Shown here: one piece after another, positions 44,801 to 51,216 of the stretch
Layout: each line of letters opens with the position of its first letter
How positions within the stretch are numbered: the stretch's first letter is position 1
IMG/VR virus record: IMGVR_UViG_3300030099_004448
Coordinates: 1-64,000 of that record
DNA length: 64,000 bases
Reading direction: 5' to 3' (one strand)
Position numbers and translations under genes: made by a program
Notes under the pieces: model-generated
Told to the model about the DNA's origin: nothing
Database searches by the model: none
Seen by the model: only the letters and a program-made list of their open reading frames with translations

Positions 44801-46575
44801 CACCTGGTGGTATAGGAATCAACACCTACTATGGTGATATTCAACTGACTCTCAACAGAGTTGTTTCTACTCCAGATGATTATTCTACAGTTGGTATTTC
44901 TAAGTTCAAGTTAAGTACATTTGCAGTCGGAACTGATGGTGAAATAACAATTAGATCTTCTACCAATAGTGGTGATGTTGATGCCGCGACCCTGGGTGGA
45001 CAGAACGGTGCATATTACTTAGATATTAACAACAGTACTGGACAACTTTCTATCGCAAGAGGTGGTACGGGCCTAGGCGCGTTACCAGGTAACGGTAGTA
45101 TGTTGATTGGTAATGGTTCTACTTACACATTGACTGGAGATCCAACGCTTTCTGGAACAATGTCCGCAGGATTTACAGTCCTCGGTGGTAAGGATATTAC
45201 CTTCACTAACTCCTCTTCATTTACTGGAGATTCATCGGGTAGAATTCAACTTTATAACAATTCACTTTACCTCCAGTACAACACTTCAATTATCTTCAGA
45301 GAGTCTACTGGTAGTACCGATGTTGCAAACATCAACAACAGTGGAGATCTAACCTCTATTGGTGACATGCAGTTCCGTAGAGGAACCTTCACCCAGGCAA
45401 CTGGAACCGCACCATTCAGTGTTTCTTCTACCACACTGGTTAATAATCTGAACGCAGACCTACTTGATGGTATTCAGGCATCATCTTTCGTAAGAGCTGA
45501 TGCAAATGATACGGTTGCGAATAACCTGAGTTTCACTTCAGTCACTACTCCAATCACAACGAACTCCATCAAGTTCAATAACTCTGAAATGAGTTCTTCG
45601 TACTATACGGAAGCAGTTGGAGTACTTGCATTTGACGAAAACTTCTATAATGATAGTGCATATGGTTCGGAGGCCACCGCGCCCGCGCAAACCTTCACCA
45701 CAAACGGTGGTGGTCTTGTAATCAAGAACGAAGATGGATGGGGTGCAGTTCTTACCTCACAAAACATTGGCTGGTGCCAAGGCAACTTCGCTAACCTAGA
45801 AATCGGTGGTAACCAGGTATTCCACACTGGAAACGACGGTTCTGGATCTGGTCTTGACGCGGATACCGTTGATGGAATCCAAGGTGCATCATTCCTCAGA
45901 TCTGATGCTGCAGACACTCTAGACGCAGTTATGACTGTTGGTCAAAATGGAAGAATTGACTTCTCAGATATCTCTACCGTACCTGATAATCCTTCAAACC
46001 AACAGGCAGATTACATCAGATTCGGTTCTAACGGATCTATCTCACAGGTTTCTGGTCGTGGAGGTTTGATGATCGCATCATCTGATGATGGTATGGTCAT
46101 TGCAAACGGTGATGTTGGTAGAGGATTTACAGATTCTAATATCAATATAGACATTGAAGATACTTTCATTCTTTCCGACTTCAAGATTGAGTTGTGGACA
46201 AATCTTCAAAATGGATTTGGAAATCAACAAGCGTTTGTCTTTAGAACAGACGGTGAATTTAGAGCTCCTGTAACAGTTCAGGCAAACTCTGATATCAAAC
46301 TCAAGACTAACCTCAGACCTCTTGAAAATTGCCTAGATAAGATCTCGCGCATCACTGGATATCGTTACGAACGTATCGATCTTAACAACAAAGAACAAAT
46401 CGGTGTTGTCGCGCAGGAAGTTGAGAAGGAGTTCCCAGAACTCGTAAGTGAGGAGAAGGGAATTAAGGCAGTATCCTACGGAAACCTCGTTGCCGTCGCG
46501 TTTGAGGCGATCAAGGAACTTAAGGCAGAGGTTGATACCCTCCGCGAAGAGATCCGCGAACTGAAGGGAGAGTAA
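35830..46575 (+). CDS. Giant tail fibre/tailspike (3581 aa): Mtd_N-like N-terminus, pectin-lyase-like beta-helix, C-terminal peptidase S74 intramolecular chaperone
   Basis: QVQLRRGT..EH..FTGA.GELTIDT...VHDG.T.GG at the N-terminus; YYVSAVNGDDTNDG...KSIRRA and I.VEAGNYVE...VVGDNLR; SDIKLKTN...IGVVAQEVEKEFPELV...VSYGNLVAVAFEAIKEL at the C-terminus. Confidence 0.88.
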   Translation: MTKQVQLRRGTAAEHAVFTGAVGELTIDTTNDVAIVHDGVTQGGLPLVGTLAEQKILNKTAIGIGTGSLNEGLYVKGKTDIRGDLFMLPDPTLTYTGIISYFDSQNTITGIATAGVDIGNRFALGPQVHVGSGATIGAGATTSTVTGVGQSTITLSDTFDTGYFATQDGELDGFYDGVDPTTGPEFIVGIDTSGIAASWRVTGPGIQDDTRVFAVGAGQVQIDKLAFNTTAGRTIQAGDTTAGSNIITIDDTGEGIATGMVVTDDINGTANIPANTTITQIINGTNIRISNNAILSTSTDIKMTNRQTFKFGEFSNISFTAYFDSAGIGSIGAGNLQLTKFAKIGEDLEVSGIATIGAGLSVLSGRIFSAGEIFGQSTGQVAGQWTANRLISENDITGVGLTMQNYVVSDRCYFNISDNGIVRMNSGIATSFNTQSLTVTTGIVTSLTAVNLAVEQTGTFGDNVILNNGNLNVNSGFIFGAGDLDIGGQAEIGGDLNVTGFTTVGGGATFTQGIWVSAAATVINNVEIRDGNLTVSSIGFGTVTSYKGHGLSIEPNVNIGGDGGPGILTAKYIVANNTGDIAKTGSTVDYLPFQITGIDTSNIFRGDRVSAAGTVSVYTIKNPAIVTDIGVSKIFVSQPIERTGSITTSFGYLDGGPGISTISGINTTGAVVGYGITFGATAEGTTIAAIGVSAITLSAPATNTRDELFTVTGGSIGLGLTVITGVNTSNVEIGDIVENPIAFTGVPPIVGSIGVGSITVSYGAAAAVSNGSFQISLKRDVYWGPATGITSDFLVTNPNYGRFEGTHLEVERVGTINVTASDITAASGIITSLISTNLNYDVSYGGTAYINSGIVTNLNITNSVIGEVGITTSYTDLSNFDVGIGTVLHVTDVYATNVYANVGVATALDTPLLQVGTANIAAGIITSAGISSAYIDRTEINTGIITAAAIEEVATPLAYINSGIFTDVNVTTQNTNELRFNTGFATNFTVSENINATRITATDTVSLGSSVGIGSVVIDNAFVNTGIFTDIGVSTARFDNLYFNNGIGTYLGLTTGFADGLGIHSVYANTGIFTAVQIQGSNIANSANFERAVIGILTVTQDIFGVDQKNTGVSTFGSATINGVGQTDFHMTGDMRVSGEVKIGIGTTGITIDGDSTDIVGVSTFVANAGIMSSVTISGINTTTGLSRNVTLKTSSSGIATDYTLTLPARLGKVGQVLSLQEDNTIGFNTGGQGLYENRYYVSAVNGDDTNDGKTLPTKSIRRAAQLASFDSFVIPGQRYLDAGDLMENNKDFIVDEVVGKVEFNYENIGLSTIFPDYNQSIWKTYVGDTLDDLIYNIRFGGNNQIRARAVGFGTTTFSTTTEPALYAFEYLRYITQYVVNNQTPPTFYSDPSVTQQSFDFTITQDPENNNANYFNRNKSARLLLSGNRQEIIDKSLASVAIGVTDVPSFYFPGDDGPVTDRSRFYTAYRLIQKNRQEIIDYAWAATVATYPGISSTEVKCKRDLGYFVDAISTDIFCGSNEYARRFMGFYFDANGNPTGNGLLGEETESVFAFTEAAVGMSSAVCNLLAVTDLTAPSDPLTGSNNNASNCANVRSTITTLTGIVTTTVAAGSTSGISTTPNYGYFVVDYETNVRGNVGIATTMVTGGRKCARDLGYIIDAVTMDVSFGSNQHIQRATKFYFDGAGNPKTDGLVAEEAISGYAFTSLAYYAKKAITNQLNFQDFTRPFDPGIGTNKGDLVCANTQASIDNLVGILTTAVLSGSLAGIPTSINFGIADCADVRQSIYNYVGIVTTAVSGIGSIPALDNPQTQSQPVCIFVEAGNYVEDNPIILYDDIAVVGDNLRNTIIRPKNQGKDLFRVRNGMYLTGFAMKDAIDAAGIPQSTWRFAVAFDDPSDTSVSRTGYATKLDKPIISRSPYIQNCSILSFLGGNGILVDGAKVQSPNTPIIKEEVELNADSVQPEQGKSMVAAAFTMVSFGGIGWRVINDGYSQVVSCFQIFCRYGSLAQSGGYLSITNSATNFGFYSLRATGFSRNSFIFDRGRIAATGTAGGLQTLKAVGYGRSDIDNYVLRFFDDSLVDRTNLFKPTTTQKDFNAATAVNTVAETLTITNHGFTNGDPVVYNGDEDAQPQRIIGGLVNDNQYYVGYIDANTIQLYEDDSLALLVDLQDTGGGGIHTLTKAAQDFFATQVTDAHNSYQMLTLAGVGSTANFQSGRLIQQTVASGTAIGYAVTYYDSSRELLVGLELSGGIRRPFAVSDGVSNLTVTDHTSPNPIAIGITVVAGLSTYWTVEFKVDSTTTGNQILNVADLPEDYRLHFHRPSIVNSSAHTWEYSGSGIDYNALPENGGKSDPNTEQVSELGGRVYSSGTNELGDFKVGDAITAFNRTGNIIFNNTVTIGTLDSIRLSLSGGAVIEEFSTDVGLGDNETGGAKNTRISTQLAIRSFLNNRLGSVLDKTVSTNAIPNAIVQLNAIGQINADLVPPRSVNYFRSDNDGGRIQLVNLIPATNLNQGDTVVEPTDSFVLISDLLGQYLILDSTNDAGIALTDFSFSNGFEVVSAVTGGGAIGLVTGPPGVGVNTTVVDPAIGYGTTGLVKGVPIAVTNLQGGSGYSNPGIYTGVRLDQSSGIGTGTSAKITIGPSGNVTNVAIQTGGFKYAVGDTLTLNDPNVIGGRVGGSNFTIDVGEVETRLYLALQEGSAGTQKFPGSTVLPDYIADESAVGYSTNIGIALTETFTPTDYLVSGSVDFANDRIILGSGHPFVDGDPVLYKTNGGVVISDLLDSEIYYIKTVGITSVQLYTTYALTTVKSLLSSGTGTHSLSRVGVTTQTDQIIFKNHPFTQGDAIRIQVGSAAPIGVTTGNFYYIGSTTTNSFTLHTTRNQALGSVNGLILNTIDLDTAYGANVGVVTFQEQNVVYTKSVNTSSSDVSNFSLLSSSSLDAQNIISGVFDPARLGSGTANAEVVLYGDSSFKKVIKSVGIGTTQPIGVTYTSADLAPGGIGINTYYGDIQLTLNRVVSTPDDYSTVGISKFKLSTFAVGTDGEITIRSSTNSGDVDAATLGGQNGAYYLDINNSTGQLSIARGGTGLGALPGNGSMLIGNGSTYTLTGDPTLSGTMSAGFTVLGGKDITFTNSSSFTGDSSGRIQLYNNSLYLQYNTSIIFRESTGSTDVANINNSGDLTSIGDMQFRRGTFTQATGTAPFSVSSTTLVNNLNADLLDGIQASSFVRADANDTVANNLSFTSVTTPITTNSIKFNNSEMSSSYYTEAVGVLAFDENFYNDSAYGSEATAPAQTFTTNGGGLVIKNEDGWGAVLTSQNIGWCQGNFANLEIGGNQVFHTGNDGSGSGLDADTVDGIQGASFLRSDAADTLDAVMTVGQNGRIDFSDISTVPDNPSNQQADYIRFGSNGSISQVSGRGGLMIASSDDGMVIANGDVGRGFTDSNINIDIEDTFILSDFKIELWTNLQNGFGNQQAFVFRTDGEFRAPVTVQANSDIKLKTNLRPLENCLDKISRITGYRYERIDLNNKEQIGVVAQEVEKEFPELVSEEKGIKAVSYGNLVAVAFEAIKELKAEVDTLREEIRELKGE
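39658..41230 (+). repeat. Paralogous helical block shared with gp7 (13890-15375)
   Basis: QYVVNNQTPPT, KC.RDL..I.D, SNQH..R.TKFYFD..GN.KTDGLV.EEA and DCA.VRQS...YVGI occur in the same order in both proteins. Confidence 0.85.
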
Positions 46576-46591
46576 GAACTCTCTCATGGTT

Positions 46592-46599
46592 TATAAATA
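46592..46599 (+). promoter_or_regulatory. T4 late promoter (TATAAATA)
   Basis: Perfect consensus upstream of gp13. Confidence 0.85.
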
Positions 46600-46626
46600 C
46601 CTCTAGGAAACTAGAGGTATTTTTTT
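46598..46626 (+). terminator. Intrinsic terminator overlapping the late promoter and the gp13 RBS
   Basis: TACCTCTAG-GAAA-CTAGAGGTA perfect 9-bp stem with a GNRA loop, followed by T7. Confidence 0.85.
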
Positions 46627-47451
46627 ATGGCGCAACCATCTAGTAGAGCGGAGTTGAAAGAATACTGCCTCAAACAACTAGGTAAGCCAGTCTTAGAAAT
46701 AAACGTAGATGACGATCAAATTGACAATCTAATTGATGATGCGATCCAATACTTTCATGAGCGTCACTATGATGGTATTGAACGTGTTTACCTAAAACAT
46801 AAATTAACACCAGCAGAAAAAACTACAATAAGACAAACTGGAATATCTACAACTCAGTCTGCAACCGTTGTTGGCGCTGGATTAACTTCTGCAGAATATG
46901 TTGAAGGTGTAAATTATTTGCCTTTACCAGATTCTATCATTGGTGTTAACTCAATATTAAAATTGAATTCTAGTACCATATCTGATGGATTGTTCAATAT
47001 TAAATATCAATTGTTTTTAAATGATGTTTATTATTATGGTGCCTTGGATTTATTGAATTATTCAATGGTCAAAAGATATCTTGAAGATCTTGACCACCTG
47101 TTAAATCCACAGGCAATGATTAGATTTAATAAGACTAATCACAAGTTATATCTTGATATTGACTGGAGTGAAGTTGGTGAAAATGAATATATAATTATTG
47201 ATTGTTACAGGATTGTGAATCCTGCTGATGCTAGTAAAGTTTACAATGATTTTTGGTTAAAGAGGTATCTTACTGCACTAATTAAAAAACAGTGGGGCAT
47301 GAATATGATTAAGTTCCAGGGAGTTACTCTTCCAGGTGGAGTTCAACTCAATGGAAGACAAATTTATGAAGATGGTCTTGCAGAAATAGAAAAACTGGAA
47401 GAGCAACTTAAGAATGAATATGAGTTACCACCAATCGATCTAATAGGCTGA
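46627..47451 (+). CDS. gp13: Neck protein gp13
   Basis: SRAELKEYCL..LG.PVLEINVDDDQI...IDDA.QYF.E.HYDG and ALIKKQWG.NM.KF.GV.LPGGV.LNG motifs. Confidence 0.95.
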   Translation: MAQPSSRAELKEYCLKQLGKPVLEINVDDDQIDNLIDDAIQYFHERHYDGIERVYLKHKLTPAEKTTIRQTGISTTQSATVVGAGLTSAEYVEGVNYLPLPDSIIGVNSILKLNSSTISDGLFNIKYQLFLNDVYYYGALDLLNYSMVKRYLEDLDHLLNPQAMIRFNKTNHKLYLDIDWSEVGENEYIIIDCYRIVNPADASKVYNDFWLKRYLTALIKKQWGMNMIKFQGVTLPGGVQLNGRQIYEDGLAEIEKLEEQLKNEYELPPIDLIG

Positions 47452-47452
47452 T

Positions 47453-49714
47453 ATGTCTCCACTAAATTCTTATTTTCTCCAAGGATCTCCTGGTGAGCAG
47501 AGACTCATTCAGGATTTAGTCAATGAACAGTTAAAAATGTATGGCGAGGACGTACTGTACTTGCCAAGAAAGATCATTGGGGAAAATACTGTTATACGAG
47601 AAAACACTGCTGCAAAGTTTGACGATAGTTTCAGAATCGAAGCATATCTGATGAACTATGAGGGGTTCCAGGGTGCAAGCGCAGAACTCCTCACAAAGTT
47701 TGGCGTTAGAAATACAGATGAATTAACTCTTGTCATATCAAAGGAAAGATATGATGATTTTGTTCAACCAATTATCGATCAGTTCCCAGTTGGAGAAAGA
47801 AAGAAGGCTAAAAGACCTAATGAAGGAGACCTGATCTTTTTCCCTTTAGAGGGAGCACTTTTTGAAATTAAATTTGTAGAAGGAAAAAAACCTTTCTATC
47901 AACTCAGAAATCTATATGTTTATGAACTCTTATGTGAGAGATTTGAATTTGAAGATGAGATTATTGACGTTGCACAAGTAGATAATGAAGGATCTACAGT
48001 CAATGAGACTGTATCTAAGTTTGGTAATGTTCTGACGCTTAATCTTGTAGGAACTGGTGCAACAACTGCGGTAGCTTCTGTTTCAGGAATTGTTACTGAT
48101 ACGACTTACGAGTCTCTACAATACGTAGATCTAATCCATGATGGTGCATATGTAACTACACCCACAGTTAAGATACAAAAACCTTTCTTTGGTATCGGTG
48201 TAACTGCTACAGCTAGTGCAATTCTTAATGTTGATGGTAGTATTGAAACTTTTAATATCACCAATTCAGGAACACAATATATCGGTGTTGCAACAGTTTC
48301 AATTTCCACAACGCCAACAATTCCAAATGAATATGTCCTCGACTATCCTATCAATTCAATTGATAGTGATTACTCTCTCAAGATCGATGATAGGGAGTGG
48401 CAATTAGATACGACTCGTGGAGTAACAACACAAAAATCGGTAGGAACTGTAAAATTCTATTATTACTATGCAGGATCTACTCCAACTAGTGGATATCTGT
48501 ATAGATCAAACTTCGTAAATGTCAAGTGGACTGCGGATAGTACCGTTAGTGTAGAAATAAGAAGAACAGATAATGCACAGTTTGATACAGCAATATTAAA
48601 TGAACCAATATCACTCACTAATGGGTGGAATAGACTTGAGTTTAGTTGGGATGGAACTACCTTCTCCATGTGGAATGATCCTCTAGGAAGCACTAGAGTT
48701 AGACAATTTTATGAAAATCTTTCTGGTACAAATTATGAAAATCAAAAATTTATTGATGATAATGTAGTATCACTTGGATCAACTACTGGTGGTATCCAGT
48801 ACTTTGATCATTTTGAAATATATGATACAGCATCAGTTTATAATGGAGTTGGAGCAACTGAGGGTTCTAGAATTTACTTAGATAGTTTTGAGAAAGGTGA
48901 ACAGGCTACTGCAACTGTAACTGTATCTGCTGGTGGTATTTCTAGTATTACTTTCGATCAGAACGACAGAATTGGTATTGGATATACGATAGCACCAACA
49001 ATAACTTTCTCCAGCCCAGTAAACGGAGCAACTGCAACCGCAGTTGCAATTATGACTTCCAGAACTGTAAATAATAAGAGGGGTATTGACCGAGTACTTA
49101 TAACAAATCCTGGTTACGGTTATACGGAATCGCCAACTATTGAATTTATTAGTTCAAACGGGTCTGGTGGTATTGCTACTGCAGTTATGAATACAGGAGT
49201 TCTGCCAGTTGTTGCGATTAGTAGTGGTGGTGTAGGTTATACTACCGATCCACAAGTATTCATTGAACCAATATTTGTTGCAGAATCTGTTGGGGTTGGT
49301 TCTGAAATCAATAATGCAAAGGCGGAAGTAGTTCGCAATACAAACGGAGAAGTATCTCAGATTCTTTATTCTAACGCTGGGGCAGGTTATACATTTACTC
49401 CAAGCATTACCTTTACTTCTCCAACGTCGGATACTTATGGTTATTATGAATACAATGAAGTAGTTACTGGTCAGCGTTCTGGAGCTACTGGATATGTAAG
49501 AGAATGGGATGCTGATGACCGCATTCTAAAGTTAGCTACTGTCAATGGAACATTCCAAAGAGGAGAATCTGTCGTAGGAGCTGCAGGAAGTTATAAAGTA
49601 TCTACTGTTGATTCAAATGAATTCTTAGATGCATTTGCAGATAATATAGATATTGAATCAGAAGCTGACGAAATTATTGACTTTAGTCAAACCAATCCCT
49701 TTGGAGAATTCTAA
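47453..49714 (+). CDS. gp14: Neck protein gp14, enlarged by insertions (753 aa)
   Basis: EQRLIQDLVNEQLKMYG.DV.YLPR, RPNEGDLIFFPL...FEIKFVE..KPFYQL and C-terminal DFSQTNPFGEF. Confidence 0.92.
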   Translation: MSPLNSYFLQGSPGEQRLIQDLVNEQLKMYGEDVLYLPRKIIGENTVIRENTAAKFDDSFRIEAYLMNYEGFQGASAELLTKFGVRNTDELTLVISKERYDDFVQPIIDQFPVGERKKAKRPNEGDLIFFPLEGALFEIKFVEGKKPFYQLRNLYVYELLCERFEFEDEIIDVAQVDNEGSTVNETVSKFGNVLTLNLVGTGATTAVASVSGIVTDTTYESLQYVDLIHDGAYVTTPTVKIQKPFFGIGVTATASAILNVDGSIETFNITNSGTQYIGVATVSISTTPTIPNEYVLDYPINSIDSDYSLKIDDREWQLDTTRGVTTQKSVGTVKFYYYYAGSTPTSGYLYRSNFVNVKWTADSTVSVEIRRTDNAQFDTAILNEPISLTNGWNRLEFSWDGTTFSMWNDPLGSTRVRQFYENLSGTNYENQKFIDDNVVSLGSTTGGIQYFDHFEIYDTASVYNGVGATEGSRIYLDSFEKGEQATATVTVSAGGISSITFDQNDRIGIGYTIAPTITFSSPVNGATATAVAIMTSRTVNNKRGIDRVLITNPGYGYTESPTIEFISSNGSGGIATAVMNTGVLPVVAISSGGVGYTTDPQVFIEPIFVAESVGVGSEINNAKAEVVRNTNGEVSQILYSNAGAGYTFTPSITFTSPTSDTYGYYEYNEVVTGQRSGATGYVREWDADDRILKLATVNGTFQRGESVVGAAGSYKVSTVDSNEFLDAFADNIDIESEADEIIDFSQTNPFGEF

Positions 49715-50769
49715 TGTTTGGAACTTATTTTTATCACGAAATTTTAAGAAAGACTATCATAGCTTTCGGTACATTATTCAATAATATTGAAATTAAACAC
49801 AAAGATACCTCTGGAAACGGATTTAGTCAATTAAAGGTCCCTATTGCATATGGACCTATGCAAAAGTTTTTGGCGAGAATAGAACAATCTCCAAATCTTA
49901 GAAAAGAAGTTGCAATAACTCTTCCTAGAATGGCATTTGAGATGGTAGGTATTTCATATGATCCAACCAGAAAATCTTCAACCATGCAAACTTTTAAGGT
50001 TGTAGATCAGGAAAAGAACAAGATGACCAAGGCTTTTATGCCTGTTCCATATAATGTAAATATCAGATTGTCAATTATGACAAAACTGAATGAAGATGCA
50101 CTACAGATAGTGGAACAAATATTACCATATTTTCAACCCCACTTTAATCTAACAGTCAACCTAGTAGAACAAATAGGTGAAACCAGAGATATTCCAATGG
50201 TCTTGAATAGTATTCAGATGGATGATGATTACGAGGGGGATTTCACTACAAGAAGGTCCCTGGTATACACATTAGACTTTACTGCAAAAACATATCTATT
50301 TGGTCCAGTTGACACAGGTAACGATAGTATAATCAAAAAAGTTCAAGTCGATTATTATACGAATACATCAAGAAAAAATGCATCCAGAGAACTTCGTTAT
50401 GTTGCAACTCCTAAAGCTCTTAAAGATTACAATTCTGATGGTGCAACCCAACTTTCTGAAGATATTGCAGCAAACGTCACGGAGTTTAGTGTTGAATTTG
50501 GAACTCAGTTGATTTCTAAGACTTACATACAAATTGGTGAAGAAGTAATGTTTATCAGGGAAATTGCTGGTAATGTTATTAAGGTAAATAGAGGTGAGAA
50601 CGGTACTATCGCTACCACTCATGAAGCATTGGATGTTGTTAACGCAATCGATGCCGCAGACGATGAACTGATTGATCTTGATGATGATTTTGGATTCAAT
50701 GAATCTACATTCAATTTTAATGATGGAAAAATCTACAGTACAACTAAACAAACTGACGTGGACGCATGA
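49714..50769 (+). CDS. gp15: Tail sheath stabiliser/terminator gp15
   Basis: MFGTYFYHEILRKTIIAFGTLFNNI, VPIAYGP.QKFLAR, LPRMAFEM, QILPYFQP and YTLDFTAKTYLFGP. Confidence 0.95.
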   Translation: MFGTYFYHEILRKTIIAFGTLFNNIEIKHKDTSGNGFSQLKVPIAYGPMQKFLARIEQSPNLRKEVAITLPRMAFEMVGISYDPTRKSSTMQTFKVVDQEKNKMTKAFMPVPYNVNIRLSIMTKLNEDALQIVEQILPYFQPHFNLTVNLVEQIGETRDIPMVLNSIQMDDDYEGDFTTRRSLVYTLDFTAKTYLFGPVDTGNDSIIKKVQVDYYTNTSRKNASRELRYVATPKALKDYNSDGATQLSEDIAANVTEFSVEFGTQLISKTYIQIGEEVMFIREIAGNVIKVNRGENGTIATTHEALDVVNAIDAADDELIDLDDDFGFNESTFNFNDGKIYSTTKQTDVDA

Positions 50770-51194
50770 AGTACGATGAAATAGATGATGCTTTGGATAT
50801 TACACCCACAGAGGTTAAGTCTGAAAAAATTATCAAGAAAGAACCAGAGGTAACTGAAGTCGTTACTTCCACTCAAGAACAACTCAAAAAAGATTATGAA
50901 TATACTCGGGGTAATCTTTACTCCTTGATTGAAAAAGGCCAAGAAGCGGTTGATGGGATCCTAGAACTTGCACAAGAATCAGATTCTCCCAGAGCATTTG
51001 AGGTTGCGGGACAACTTATCAAACATGTTGGTGATGTTGCTGATAAGTTGGTAGATCTTCAGAAAAAAGTAAAAGACATCGAAAAGGACGATGGAAAATC
51101 ATCTAAAGCAACAAACGTTACAAACAATGCGGTTTTCTTTGGCTCTACAGCGGATCTCCAAAAATTTCTCAAAAATAATGGAGATTCTAAATAG
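50766..51194 (+). CDS. gp16: Terminase small subunit gp16
   Basis: DYEYTRGNLYSLIEKGQEA..GILELAQE..SPRAFEVAGQLIK and NNAVFFGST..LQKFLK. Confidence 0.93.
   Translation: MKYDEIDDALDITPTEVKSEKIIKKEPEVTEVVTSTQEQLKKDYEYTRGNLYSLIEKGQEAVDGILELAQESDSPRAFEVAGQLIKHVGDVADKLVDLQKKVKDIEKDDGKSSKATNVTNNAVFFGSTADLQKFLKNNGDSK
51187..51193 (+). promoter_or_regulatory. T4-type late promoter (CTAAATA)
   Basis: Overlaps the gp16 stop, upstream of ORF 51217. Confidence 0.65.
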
Positions 51195-51216
51195 ATAGAG
51201 GACATACTTACCTAAT

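Noticed and set aside
9527-46587. Numerous 60-180 aa antisense or out-of-frame ORFs within gp7, the VrlC-like gene and the fibre gene
   Set aside because: Typical shadows of long biased coding sequences; none has a convincing RBS, promoter or domain.
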